This document shows positions 27,301 through 38,250 of a stretch of DNA of 64,000 nucleotides, piece after piece (positions within the stretch are counted from its first letter, which is position 1; each line of letters begins with the position of its first letter). Source of the DNA: Phoronis australis (lineage: Eukaryota > Animalia > Phoronida); the NCBI GenBank assembly GCA_002633005.1, contig NMRA01000105.1, forward strand, positions 536,010-600,009, in the 5' to 3' direction. Below the pieces are notes generated by a model that had not been told where the DNA came from, did no database searches, and worked only from the letters and a program-made list of their open reading frames with translations. Made by a program: the position numbers and the translations under genes.

Positions 27301-30300
27301 TGTTGATGTGGCCAAAAGTCAGTGAGTAGGACTTCATGATCCATCATGCCATGCACCACGGGCAATATGGCAGTCAGTTGAATAGATGCAGCTACTAGAT
27401 AGTTATAGGTGCTTTTAGTTCATTCTCAGTTTGGGCTCTGCTATTCAGATTACATAGGGGGTAATAGAACAAGTACCTTCTCAGCCAAGACCATAAACCT
27501 TTTGTTAAGGTGTGCTTACTTACACAGTCCAACTGGGACAGTTGTATGACTAAGAGCAGGGTTCACAAAGACCAGGTACTTTCACTGACCTTGTATGTCA
27601 ATTTCAAAAAGCTTATTGTGTGTGAGTGACAACCATGATTTACAACCGTCTGCAAAATTCTAAGCCACTATGCTGACTAATTACCCCTCCAAGCCTGAAA
27701 TGTTACATGATTTTGGTAGAGTTTGGAGGGGGTATCGGAATAAACTGTCATGTGAACACTGCATGACTAAGTCATGGATCTACAACTTGTGGACTGTGCC
27801 CAGGATTTGTGACTGATGTTTGACTGTTGAAGAGATACTTAAATGACACTTTATTTCTTCCTAGATATCGACGAGTGCTCTGGTAACCATGGTTGCTCCC
27901 ACCTCTGTAACAACATGCCCGGCACATATCGCTGCTCGTGTTTGCCCCACTACAGACTGGACTCTGACCAGAAGTCTTGTGTGGTTGAGTTTGAATGTAA
28001 CCCCCAATTCGCTTCACAGTGTGAGTTCAGCTGTGCCAAGATTAATGGCGTGGATCGTTGTGTCTGTCCGAATGGCAAGACACTGAATACTGACAACAAG
28101 ACTTGTGATGGTAGGTTACAGTTGTATACAGTGTGTCTGTCCAAATGGTAGACATTGACCATAATCTGCTTACCTTGTGAAAAATGATAATGGTGTATTT
28201 GGTAATCCGTTGGAAGCATCTGTGTGCTGCTAATTATAGAACAGTGTTCATGACGTTGTTTCAATGCATTATTGTGAAGGCATTGTGGTGACCTGTCATT
28301 CTATTATTAAATCGTTCATTCCAGATGTTAACGAGTGCGTAGTCAATAAACCTTGTGATGCTACTCGTGGCGTGTGCAATAACACAGATGGCTCCTACAA
28401 GTGTGCTTGTAGCGACTCCTTCATTCTGGGACCTGGCAACACTTGCACAGGTGAGATATGGGCACCAAAGTCTTTCCAATTTAGGACCCAGTGTGATTGA
28501 CAAGTGACATTGTTTCATCAGTCTTCCATGAAACACAATTATGTATAGCCCCTAAATAAGTGGTTTCCTTATGTTCAAGTTTTAAAAATAGAAGGCATTT
28601 TTCGCAAAAATGTTAGAAGCCCTTGAAACATGAAAGAAGACGGTTTTGGAAATCATTTTGTCCAAAATTGGTGAGATTTAATAGACTGTAAGCTTTAAGT
28701 TGGTGTTGTGATAACGAGAAAGTGAAATGTGACACTTCCCCATAACATGTCATGAGCAAATAGTTGATCTGCTCTTGAGTGACCATTCATCTTATCTGAG
28801 TGAAAAAAATTTCTGTCACATTGTCAGAAAGTGATACCCATTTTTTCTTTCACCAATGAATATACCAGTCTGCCATGGTCAGAAGGCAGATTGGACTTCA
28901 GGACTACTCGGCAGCTTTAAACATCTGTTTACATTTACTTACTAGTTACCTTATTGGCCATCTTAAATGCAATTAACATATATTAACATGATTACGGTGC
29001 ATCATGCATATATTGTGACCAGTCATGTGTAAGTCACCATGGGGAGTACAGAATTTAACCACAAGTTGACATCACTGGAGTGTAGCCCTCTCACCATAAA
29101 TAGGCAAGTCTGTTGTCTGATCCAGGCAGACAATAGGAATATTCTTCAGTTGCATATTCTGAACACATCCTTATTGTATTTTAACCCCAGAGCTCATGGA
29201 AAGCAGTATGCCACAACACTGAAAGCCCAGAGTTGGCTAAGCTTGATGAAGCGTGGTAAACATCTCTAGCCCAATTTATAAATTTCAAGTAAAACCTGGA
29301 ATTTCGAGAAAATAACTTTTGTTTTTTAGGAAGAAAAATCAACACCATTGAGTTTTCGATTTTTAAAATCAGCCAACAATTAATCATCTGAAGAACTTCG
29401 ATTTGCTTAGAGCTAATTACATTGAACTTTGCATTTCATTAGATTAGAGATCTTCACAAACAATAGACAGGTTCAATAGGCTGTGCAAACACACTACAAT
29501 GTCCTATTTGGTGTCAGCTCAAGATCACAATGAGCTCTAAATCTAGACTTAATGCTGACATCAATCTAGTCCATTGTTAAGGTTGTGCAGAGCCTTATCT
29601 ATTTCTGAGTAGTGTGCATAGCACTCCAATGAACTTGTTTATATGTTGTACTTTGGGTACATGGCCATGTGTACTTTTAATAAATTGCCTTAAATTGCCT
29701 CAATAAGTCTGTGTAATTTGCCCAATAATGATCTACAAAACTAGACTTTTCTTTTCACTATTAGGTCAAATGACCATGTCTTTTAGTAAAGTTTAGCAAA
29801 AAGAAAGGTACAAACGAATAAGCAAAATAACAGTCTGAATACCATGTTGACCAAATTTAGTTTCTGAAATCTCAAAAATCCCAGTTATAAAATTATTTCA
29901 TTTTCATTATGTGCCACTTTTGAGTTTTTTCATGACCATCAAAAAGGTTCAGTTTTTGATAGTTCATATGCAAAATAGGAATATTTTAAAAACAAGACAG
30001 GAATTTCGAATTTGTCCTTACGGCTTTTTAGAGAACAGGTCACAAAGCATAGTATATGAAAGTTTCATGTGAATCCAATAAGCCATTTCTGATATATGAT
30101 GTTACAAAATTAATCAGATTTTATAACTTTTCTAGTATCCTACCTAAATTTAGCGTTCCAGTGCTCTTTTGTCTGATGTCACGACCCTGGTGCTTATTGT
30201 CTTTAGCTGTTCAAAAAGATACTGAAACTATTCATCAACAGGAACCAGAGAACTGAAACTTAACGCATTTAGTTTGAGTATGATTTTGTATTACGGTAAA

Positions 30301-33300
30301 AATGATTCTAACTAATAACTTTGTACGATAACTTTAATTTCAGAAGCCTAACAGTTAATACATCACCAGTTTTAGTCCATGTTTGTCAGTTTTAGCCAGT
30401 GTTACATTACCATGAAGCCAACACTGATGTGATGATAATGCTCTACTGCTCCAGATTTCCTAAGAAAACAGGGACCCTTTCCAAGAAAACTGACTTAGCT
30501 ATGACAAATCTTAACTTTCAGTCTAGTTTATAAATAAAACTTAAATTTGTCTCAAGTCTTTTTCAAGCAAAGAGTTTTTTTAATGTTTGACTTTGGCATA
30601 AGTTTTTGCCTTATTTTGATTAACTTACCAGATGTGGAAGTTTCAAAGTTTGGAATATGTGACAAATCGTAGACTTAAGTGTAAAATGAACTTAAGTCAG
30701 TTTCTTGGAATGGCCCTCAGACCTCTTGACTTCACACAGGGCTTGTGCAAATCTGTTGAGTACTATAGTGTCATGACATGGGCCGAGTTTCTAATGCGTG
30801 AGGATTTTCAGAAAGCTTTGGAGTGAAGGGGGTGTAACTGTAGAAAATCTCATCTTGGGCAATAAGAATTAAGTCGGGATCAGAGTTCAGTAATGGTAGG
30901 ACGTACGCTAAGGCCTCGTTAAAAAGCAAGAGTACATGAGACATTGTTGTGTATTTCAAATGAGGAGACATGATTTTGGCTAGATTTTTCTAGCCGCAAG
31001 ACAGCTACTGAACTGACTAATGTTCACATGACGTGACATTTTTCATATGGCGGATCAGACATATGATTTGCCTTCTGATTGGACAGTATGTGAGTGACTT
31101 GTTATTCTATCTTGTTGAGACACTTACTCTGTTTTTTTTCAGATCGCAATGGTGTCTGGGGTGTTTGGGGCAACTGGAGTACCTGTACCAAGACTTGTGA
31201 CAGCGGAGAACGATATCGGATGAGGCAGTGCATGGACAAGGAGGGCAATGGTGCTGATTGTCCTGGTTCAGGCACTGAGAGGGAGACATGCAACGCCATC
31301 TATTGTCCATGTTAGTAGCTGGTGTTTGTTTCATTGATAAATTTATTTAACAAACCTCCTTGGGAGGAAAATTTTGTTATGATAATAATAATAGTAATAA
31401 TTATGAAATATTTGCCAAATGTGCTTATTAAACATCTGCAGGTGACAAGAAATTAAATTTTACTCTAGGAAACACTTATAGCTGAGCTCACAGGTGTTAT
31501 TTTTAACTTGTTAGGGTAAGTTGCTTTTGACTTCAGTGGTATTATTAGATTGATCACCATGACTTTTTTCAGTGGATCCTCTCATGAAGTCGAATGGCGT
31601 CAAGATCATTCTTTCTGGCCCATCACTTACCATTGAAAAGGTACTTCAATGCTGCTTTACAGGATTGTGATTGTGATGATTAGAATTACCATTTTCCTTT
31701 TAATCAGTGTGTCTGCTATAATAGTTGTGATGACAGATCTGTGTTAGAATTATAAGCAACTCATTTTCCTCATAGTCTGCCAACTCATAAACATGCCTCA
31801 ACTATTCCGTGTATAGATTAAGAATCTGCATTCAATTTAGTCTTGGAGACTAGCCTGATATCCGGAGCTAACCATTTACCACTGTAATTTTGTTCCCAGA
31901 CAAAAGCTGCGATGCCAAACCTCAAAGCGGCAGTTAAGAAAGTGGTCAATGAGTACTGCAATTCTGAACCTAAGGACTGTTGCCAGGAGGTGTTTCCTTC
32001 ATACACCTATACACCGTAAGTTAAGGGTTCAGGATAATTGTTTTTGGTAATTGTTCAAGACGGTACGAATTACGGTAAAAGTTCTCCCACTTGGGACAGT
32101 GAAAATTTAATTATGTTGCTCAAGGTCGGAGTTTGTTCCAAACTTTAAAGATAGGCAATACTGGCCGTTCCAAATTCAGGAATTACGATCAATGACAAAC
32201 GATCATCCACTTCAAAGATGTGCGCTATGGGAACTCATGGGAATGTTGCATCAGTGGCTATTTTTATATTCAGAATCTGTTGATACAAAACACAATGTTC
32301 CAGAGGAAATTCAGTTTCAGCTTGAATTTTGGTTCCCAAATTTTCGAGACTGTCCCAAAGTGAAGAAATTTAACCGTAACTTTGAATTTCTATTCTACAG
32401 TCGTCAATCTCTGCTTATGCTGGCCACCCTGCCATGGAACACATGTCTTGTGAGAGGAACGATATAATATTCGTTTCACTCATTATCATTCCAATGCATT
32501 GTTTTCAACAAAAACCTAATCTTATGCGAAAATGCAGTTTTCGTGTTGTGTACAGTTTTAACTTTGTATCCTGAATAAAAAATGCTCAATGGAATTACCG
32601 TTAATGTATCATTACTGTTACTATTACAATTTGCCTGGCGTTACCATGGAACTGTAATGTATTACATTTTACTTACCATCTCATCAATCTCAGACAAAAA
32701 TAATTGCCCAAATTGTTTTTCATTTTTCAAAGGCTTCTAACGTTACTATGGGTACCTACAATTCCTGAGAATTATTCTGTGATGATTGCTATGGCATCGA
32801 TCTTTCAATATGATTTGTTTGTTGAAAAAATGAAGAAAAGAAAAGTTTACTTATCGGCCGTATTGTATTTTATTGAACTCTTTATTATTGCTATTAACTT
32901 TCATTATTATTATTGTACGTTTTATTATTTTTTGTTGCTCTTTAGGGACCCTAATGGCACGCTAGTCTTTATTGACACGGCTAATGTGCAGACAGAAGAC
33001 AGTAGTATTATCAGGAACCTGGCTACCAATAATATCGAAGTGATGGTGGTCATCATTGCTGAGCAAGACAATGCCCTCTGCGCGTCAGGGAAGACACAGT
33101 CATCGCGTCTAAGGCGTGCCATCACCTACAACAGCTCTACTGAGATGATTTTGCCTCAGACTTCATTACTTATAACTCTTTCCGACTCGTAAGTATAGGG
33201 ATGCAGTGCCTTACTCTGGCAGTGTGAATTGTGTCTCGTGGTAGACTGTGAAGAGTTTAGTATGAGTCATTGTTGGCATAGGCAGCATTTGTTATTTATT

Positions 33301-36144
33301 TGACAGTTGGCAGTGTTTATTCATTTGTTCATAAAAAATGAAATTTTATTTTTTCTCTAGAACAGGTGTCTATGCAAAATATTTTCATTGCTGTAACATT
33401 AATAGAATGTGACGAATTTGAAATGTCATGCATGCAGCCGCCCCGGTTACTTTGATCTCATGCACACTTCAACATCGCCCAGTTTTGTTTAATTGTAAAA
33501 GAAGAGCCAGCACCTTGCTGAGTGTGGGAGTCCTCTCTGGGTTTTTTTAGCTCATGTTACAAACCAGCCTTGCCTGAATTTACTAAACCAGAATTTGTTC
33601 CTGCCTATTTTTGTGTTACCGTTAGGTGAATCAATCGTTATCATTTTGTTTTGAAGCATCCTAATTGGTCCAAAATGATGAAGTTGCAATGTGCTAACTT
33701 TAAATACAAGCACAGTCTGTCCAAAACACATGGCTCACAAAATGAGAACAACTATATCTTTGTCTTACATATGTGTTGAAGAACAGTTATAATTTTGAGA
33801 ACCCAATAATGTGAGAGTCTATGGACTTGATTCACTTCCAGAGCTGCCCTAGCAGACCTCACAAATGTTGTCAGTGAAGCCACAGGAGTGAATGTGTCTG
33901 TAGAGGGTGTGAGCAAGGCAGAGCTACCCGCCCTCCCCACTACTACTGTGGCGCCCCCTGCATCCACAGCAGCAATAATGGTGAACGCTACAGCACCGGC
34001 AAAGGTCACCACAACGTTGAAGGTAACTCTTCACAAACAGCGGCCATTTTTAACAACAACCAATGTTAATTTTGACAATGAAGCGAATCATCATCTCAAA
34101 ATTCTTCAGTTCACCTGTCACTTGTGAAATCGTCATCAGTCAGTAGGTTGCTACGTTATATGGTCTATCTGTCGTATCTACCAGTCTGCAGGAAATAGTT
34201 GAACATCTTTTTGCATTTGTTTAATTGCAGTGCCTGCAGTACCATTAGGTAACAACTGCTCAAAATACTAGTATAATACGCATCAGTAGCATGTCGTAAA
34301 ACTTATTGCCCAGGGGTTATTGAAATTACTTAGAATATACTCATTCTTCTGTTGACATATCATCTGAGTGTCATGCACACCAAGGGGCATTTTTAGTCAT
34401 ATTAGTTAAGACTGGCACCTTCCAGATATTTATTCACACGCATTTTATAGTGGCTCATGAAGTTTATGGTCAAACGTGAACACGGTGTATGGCCAAGTTT
34501 GTGTCATTTGCTATGACTTTCGTTTAATTCTTGAGAAAAAAACGTATGGCATTAGCAGTCGCGTGTCTATCACTGACCTTATGACCTTTTGATAAGCGCA
34601 GGGCTGCAGACGTGTTGTTTTCTGCTGTATTTCAGAGTTTCGCACCAACTGGACTAGAACCTTGGGTCATCCCTGTTGCTGTTGTCGGGGGGTTAGTCGG
34701 GCTTACCATCATCGTTGCAATCATTATTTTCATCGTCAAGAGGTAGAAGGAACTTTTTACTTTTTGTTGTCACAAAGCAACATGCCTGCTGCATGCTTGT
34801 ACAAAATGCTAATCACATTATAAGTTTTCAAAGTAAACTGGACCGTGTCAAAAATTGAGGCACAAAACTAAGGATAAACTACCATTTTTTTGACTTAATA
34901 GATCATGTTTCATTTCCGGCAAGTTTTCGAACAAGGTCTTGACAGGTGCGACTCCACGCACTTTGACAAAATTGTGACAACTTGTCTTGTCAGTCTTTTA
35001 CATTCAAAAAGTTAGCGGCTTGATGTAAAAGCATCGCATTAAACTCTTACTTAAGTTCAACTGAAATGTCTTTTTATTGCCGCAAGAAATGTTTGAGCAA
35101 CTAAACTGCTAAATAATTCTGGCAAGAAGTCTGTCCAAGTTTGACAAAGTCGGACAGTATTCTGTCGAAGTCTGTCTTGTTCAGTTTGAAAACTGCTACA
35201 CAAAACTTGGGATTCTAGAATCTGCTGCACAGCTACAAGATGAACATATAAATTGCCTACAGATTCAAAGTCTTCCAGTTTTCTGAGGTCAGTGAATTCA
35301 GTTAATTAAAAATTAAAAACAGATTGAGAGACCTGAGAACACATGCAACAATCAAATTTTTGTGCAGTAATTTGTATTCAATTTCTCAGTTTTAAACGTG
35401 ACGTGTTATCATAATGACATTAATCCTTCTTTGGTCTTTGTTCATTTGTGACAGTGATTTTGTTCATAATCAAGGTGACTGGGTTGTAGTACATACTCAA
35501 CAACTACAAAAAGGCGAGACGTGCAATGTTTCTGAGTCTACAACAATTCTTTGTGTGTTTAGTAAACAATGTGGCAGAAAAGTGGAACTTTATTTTGCTG
35601 TGAACATTTTTAACAGAAATAATCATTGAGAAATTCTGCATCATTCTTAGTGTACTTTGTATAAAAGGACATTTTATAAAAAATGATTATGTAATGTGTT
35701 ACCAGGTAATTGGCCCTTAGAAATGAAAACTGTTAATTTTGTTTTAATTTGTGCAAAATAATTGAAAAATCTGTGTCAAAGTTTAATGTGGAGCTTTCAT
35801 TGGTACAATCGTACAGCAATGTTTCAGTATTCCAGCGAATCTATTCTGAGTTAGAAGGCAATTTCATGACTTCTTCTTAAATTGGAGAGTGAAAAAAACA
35901 ACTCGACGCCTGATTCACAAAGTGATGTACTTTAAAGAAGGTTCAGTTTGTTACCCTAAATGTCTTGTAACAAAGTACTCCCAACTTAATGGAAAAAAAC
36001 ACCGTACAACACAATTGTTTGCTGTCATGTCATCCTCAACGTTAAAACTGTTCTTAAAATCATTATTCCCGCTGTATTTTCAGGCCGTCCAAGGTTGGCT
36101 CCGCCAGCATCACACAGGAAGATCAGCTTCAAGCTACTGCTTAA
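3263..36144 (+). CDS. Membrane-anchored mucin-like protein with TSP1, NIDO, AMOP-like, VWD and about 23 EGF-like domains (MUC4/SUSD2-type core plus fibrillin-like cbEGF array), 2543 aa
   Basis: 29 phase-consistent exons: 3263-3326, 4400-5500, 9005-9340, 10134-10283, 10645-10773, 12559-13767, 14154-14396, 15279-15614, 16721-17017, 17645-17925, 18436-18703, 19281-19478, 20899-21086, 22045-22270, 22960-23091, 23747-23872, 24262-24516, 25072-25213, 25881-26257, 26980-27237, 27865-28110, 28325-28450, 31143-31310, 31573-31640, 31900-32015, 32946-33188, 33842-34022, 34636-34742, 36084-36144. Sum is 7632 nt, open throughout. All introns are GT-AG except the first (GC-AG). Confidence 0.88.
4047..4345. 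repeat. Degenerate (CAT/CAC/CTT)n trinucleotide tract in intron
   Basis: Runs of catcatcat and caccatcttc. Explains the spurious poly-Ile and poly-Met ORFs at 4149 and 4142. Confidence 0.9.
4400..5500 (+). CDS. Mucin-like gene exon 2: Thr/Ser/Ala/Met-rich mucin-type domain
   Basis: Lies within ORF 4333-5523. Acceptor ttcgtag| and donor |gtgagt. 12-aa repeats [12 protein letters not shown] / [12 protein letters not shown] / [12 protein letters not shown]. Confidence 0.85.
6441..6715 (+). mobile_element. Short interspersed repeat/MITE family ending ...TGCGCCCATG (copy 1)
   Basis: Aligns by eye with 6979-7202 (same strand) and 43997-44238 (opposite strand). Confidence 0.7.
6979..7202 (+). mobile_element. 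Same repeat family (copy 2)
   Basis: Shares ggctcga.tttttcggt.tgcg.accttt...tgtgcatccgcgccg...tttactcggactttt...tgcgcccatg with 6441-6715. Confidence 0.7.
8789..8967 (+). mobile_element. GC-rich MITE (CAGAGGCGGATCCAG...TAAATCCGCCACTG termini)
   Basis: Terminal inverted repeats. A partial second copy starts at about 55846 and shares ctgccaaa.ggaatctgggagaa. Confidence 0.65.
9005..10773 (+). CDS. Mucin-like gene exons 3-5: TSP1 plus three EGF/cbEGF domains
   Basis: [22 protein letters not shown] (TSP1); DKNECLD...[12 protein letters not shown]; DVNECEG...[12 protein letters not shown]. Confidence 0.9.
12170..12287. repeat. Tandem repeat, about 30-bp unit x4
   Basis: Unit tactttgctaggatagtacacccccgagca. 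Confidence 0.85.
12559..13767 (+). CDS. Mucin-like gene exon 6: NIDO-like plus AMOP-like domains
   Basis: LISPYWS...AAVFTWNKM...[22 protein letters not shown] (NIDO pattern), then ACRTW...HCCRQ...[10 protein letters not shown] (AMOP pattern). Confidence 0.85.
14154..17925 (+). CDS. Mucin-like gene exons 7-10: VWD domain and cadherin-like segment
   Basis: [21 protein letters not shown]...[14 protein letters not shown]...[11 protein letters not shown]...C...CYFDFKVTG, then NYPPIV...[12 protein letters not shown]. Confidence 0.9.
15652..16030. repeat. 37-bp minisatellite, about 10 copies
   Basis: Unit gtagaacatagccaagatctgctccgtcagtgttgtg, head-to-tail with no spacers. Confidence 0.9.
17975..18292. 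repeat. Degenerate (CAG/CAA)n tract in intron
   Basis: Runs of cagcagcagcaacagcag. Confidence 0.85.
18436..28450 (+). CDS. Mucin-like gene exons 11-22: tandem array of about 20 EGF/calcium-binding EGF domains
   Basis: Repeated D[IV][DN]EC...CxNxxG[SG][YF]xCxC motifs, mostly separated by phase-1 introns. Confidence 0.92.
21758..22036. repeat. 31-bp minisatellite, about 9 copies, abutting the exon 14 acceptor
   Basis: Unit atgttctgttttactattggtcagttttayg. Confidence 0.9.
24573..24788 (-). mobile_element. Dispersed repeat of about 220 bp (copy A, inverted)
   Basis: Reverse complement aligns with 27453-27673 and 36595-36811 (catagggg.taat...gaccataaacc.tt.gttaa...aatttcaaaa...ttctaagccactatgc). 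Confidence 0.75.
25299..25567. mobile_element. MITE, Tourist/Harbinger-like termini
   Basis: TIRs ctgtttcttaaaaagtctattggcttt / aaagccaatagacactttgagaaacag. Confidence 0.6.
25609..25793. mobile_element. MITE with internal taagcgccc repeats
   Basis: TIRs tactatattcgccc / gggcgaaaacggta. Confidence 0.5.
27453..27673 (+). mobile_element. Dispersed repeat of about 220 bp (copy B)
   Basis: Homologous to 36595-36811 and inverted relative to 24573-24788. Confidence 0.75.
30471..30716. mobile_element. MITE
   Basis: TIRs gggaccctttccaagaaaactgacttag / cttaagtcagtttcttggaatggccc. Confidence 0.65.
31143..36144 (+). CDS. Mucin-like gene exons 23-29: second TSP1, juxtamembrane region, transmembrane helix and cytoplasmic tail
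   Basis: [25 protein letters not shown] (TSP1); ...SSRLRRAI...; [27 protein letters not shown] (TM, exon 34636-34742); tail [20 protein letters not shown] (36084-36144). Confidence 0.82.
32071..32378. mobile_element. MITE with TACGGTAAAA...TTTAACCGTA termini
   Basis: TIRs tacggtaaaagttctcccacttgggacag / ctgtcccaaagtgaagaaatttaaccgta. Related termini at 53581-53826. Confidence 0.65.
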
Positions 36145-36594
36145 CAATACAACCAATTGGAGATCTGCAACAGTTTTACATACAATTCGACATTCCTGTG
36201 AAATCTGTGCTAGCAAGTGCGGGATTTATACTCTCCAAATGGATAATAATGTCTTAACATTTTTTGTTGTTTTTTGTGTTGCCAAAATGTTCAGGCATTC
36301 TAATATTTAAACAATGTGTAATGGGGATTTCTGAAAGAACCCCCACCAGTATAAAACCTCATTGGGGCTCTTTCGGCTCAAAAAAAGTTCCTATATGATC
36401 TCTTTCGGAATCGTTGTGCATGTCTGCCTGGGACACGAAGAAAATATGGGCAAGTTGTCAATATTTCTGAATTTTTTGGCCTTTAAAGGTCCATTAAAAT
36501 ATTTCAAGTTGATTATTTGTCAACAGAAGCATAATTAGACTTCTGTTGTAGAAGCCAAGTTGTCCACAACATTTGAGACTGGGCTATTTAAAAC

Positions 36595-36811
36595 CATAGG
36601 GGATAATAAAACAATTATCTTTTCAGCCAGGACCATAAACCCTTTGTTAAACTGTATTTACTTACACAGGTCAACTGAGACAGGTGTATGACTAAAAGCA
36701 GGGTTCACAAAGAACTACTTTCCCTGACCTTGCTTGTTCATTTCAAAAGACCTATTGTGTGTGAAAAATGCCGATGATTTAGAACTGTCTTCAAAATTCT
36801 AAGGTTCTATG
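36595..36811 (+). mobile_element. Dispersed repeat of about 220 bp (copy C)
   Basis: Homologous to 27453-27673. Confidence 0.75.
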
Positions 36812-37929
36812 TGGACTAGTTATTCTCTCCAAAATGAAGTGAAACCTTCCTTTTACAGTATGCCTTAAAAGCCCTTGAGTGAAGTTTCCGAAAGAACCCC
36901 ACCTCTTTTTCCTGAAAGAACCCCGTGAGCTCTTTTTGGATGCAAAGTCACTTTGGTAGAATGAATCCCCAGTTGTGAAAATTTTTGTGGTGCAAGTACA
37001 ATCATTTAATTTTTGTGATATTTTTGTTCTACATAGGCCTTGCTATGATTTTCCGACAACCTTGACTACTGTGACGCCTCCTAGTGGCAGTTTTGTCTGC
37101 CACTATCATTCAAACCATTCTAAGGATGATTTTGAAAATTGGTGCATATTATGGTCTTAGTGGACGACTTTGACTGCTGTGGCACCTCCTAGTGGCAGTT
37201 TTGTTTTGTTTTGTTTTGCACCCAATAGCTGTATTTCCTAAACACTCTGCAGAATCTTTATTAAATTTACTAAGAGGGTTTATATGAAGTTAACAACAGA
37301 CGACGACGACTTTTAGACGTATCTGATGAATGCTATGCCTTCTAGAGTGACAATTTAATTTTTTCTGTTTTCCTTCGTTTCTCTGAAGTTCCTTGACAGA
37401 TTTTTTCTGAAATTTGTTAAATATCTCTCTATTAAAGACACAATGACATGTTCCCAACTTTGATGGATTCAGTGTATTTTGGACAATCTAGTGGCCATTT
37501 TTATGATACAAATAAACAACCCTAAAAGCACACCATTTGTGGTGTATTCGTGGGTGCATTTCAACGCTCAGCGTTGCTCTTGTTAAGACTTCACATTTAA
37601 ATTCATAGTACATGAAAGGTATCGGTTAAAGATTTTCTTTGAGATCAAGTCATTTAATATTTAAGTGAGCCAATACATGCTTTAGGAAGTCCAACAAATC
37701 TTAATTTTAAAATCTGAGATTGTTCAACACTCCAAAAAGTATTCACAAGCTCCGTCTTGGAAATTTTATCTTGCAATACTAAATATGGGCATGTGCAATA
37801 TTATGTTACTTTAAGAATGCATTTAAATGGAATGATTCATGTTGTCCGTGGCTTCTTAACTATAAGTGTTTGTACTGAATATTTTATCTAGACTGCAGTT
37901 ATCTTTTGTTGGTTATCACTTGAGTCTCA

Positions 37930-38250
37930 GTAGATGTTTCATGCCAGTCACATGCCATCTTCCTCAGGTGTTACCTCCATCTGTCATGTGATACGGGGCT
38001 CTTGTAGTCCGGCTGGTATCCATTGACTGCAATGTTGAGGGCTCTGGTGAAGTGCTGTGATTGGACTGTTGAATGCTATAGAATCATGCGGTACCGACAA
38101 CAGAGGGGGTAAATGAAATAGATGCCTGATCCCTTCTTTCTGGCCAGTAGCCGATCGGTAAATCCTGCTGACTGGCAATGGCTGGAGGTGTTATGATGGC
38201 TTGCTACTGAAGCCCGAGTTTGAGTCGTGTTTGATGTTCTTGATGTGAAT
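37930..38250 (-). mobile_element. Degraded Penelope-like retroelement 3' fragment (GIY-YIG relic plus hammerhead-like motif)
   Basis: Frameshifted minus-strand translation resembles the GIY-YIG C-terminal pattern (xEH...SVASHHNTSSH...WPERxI). It is followed by CTGAGGAAG-ATGGCA-TGTGAC-TGGCAT-GAAACATC at 37967-37933. Confidence 0.45.

Noticed and set aside
35455-35629. Possible alternative terminal exon of the mucin-like gene (acag|T GAT TTT..., phase-compatible)
   Set aside because: Weaker acceptor and unremarkable peptide; 36084-36144 is the better last exon. Cannot be excluded without RNA data.
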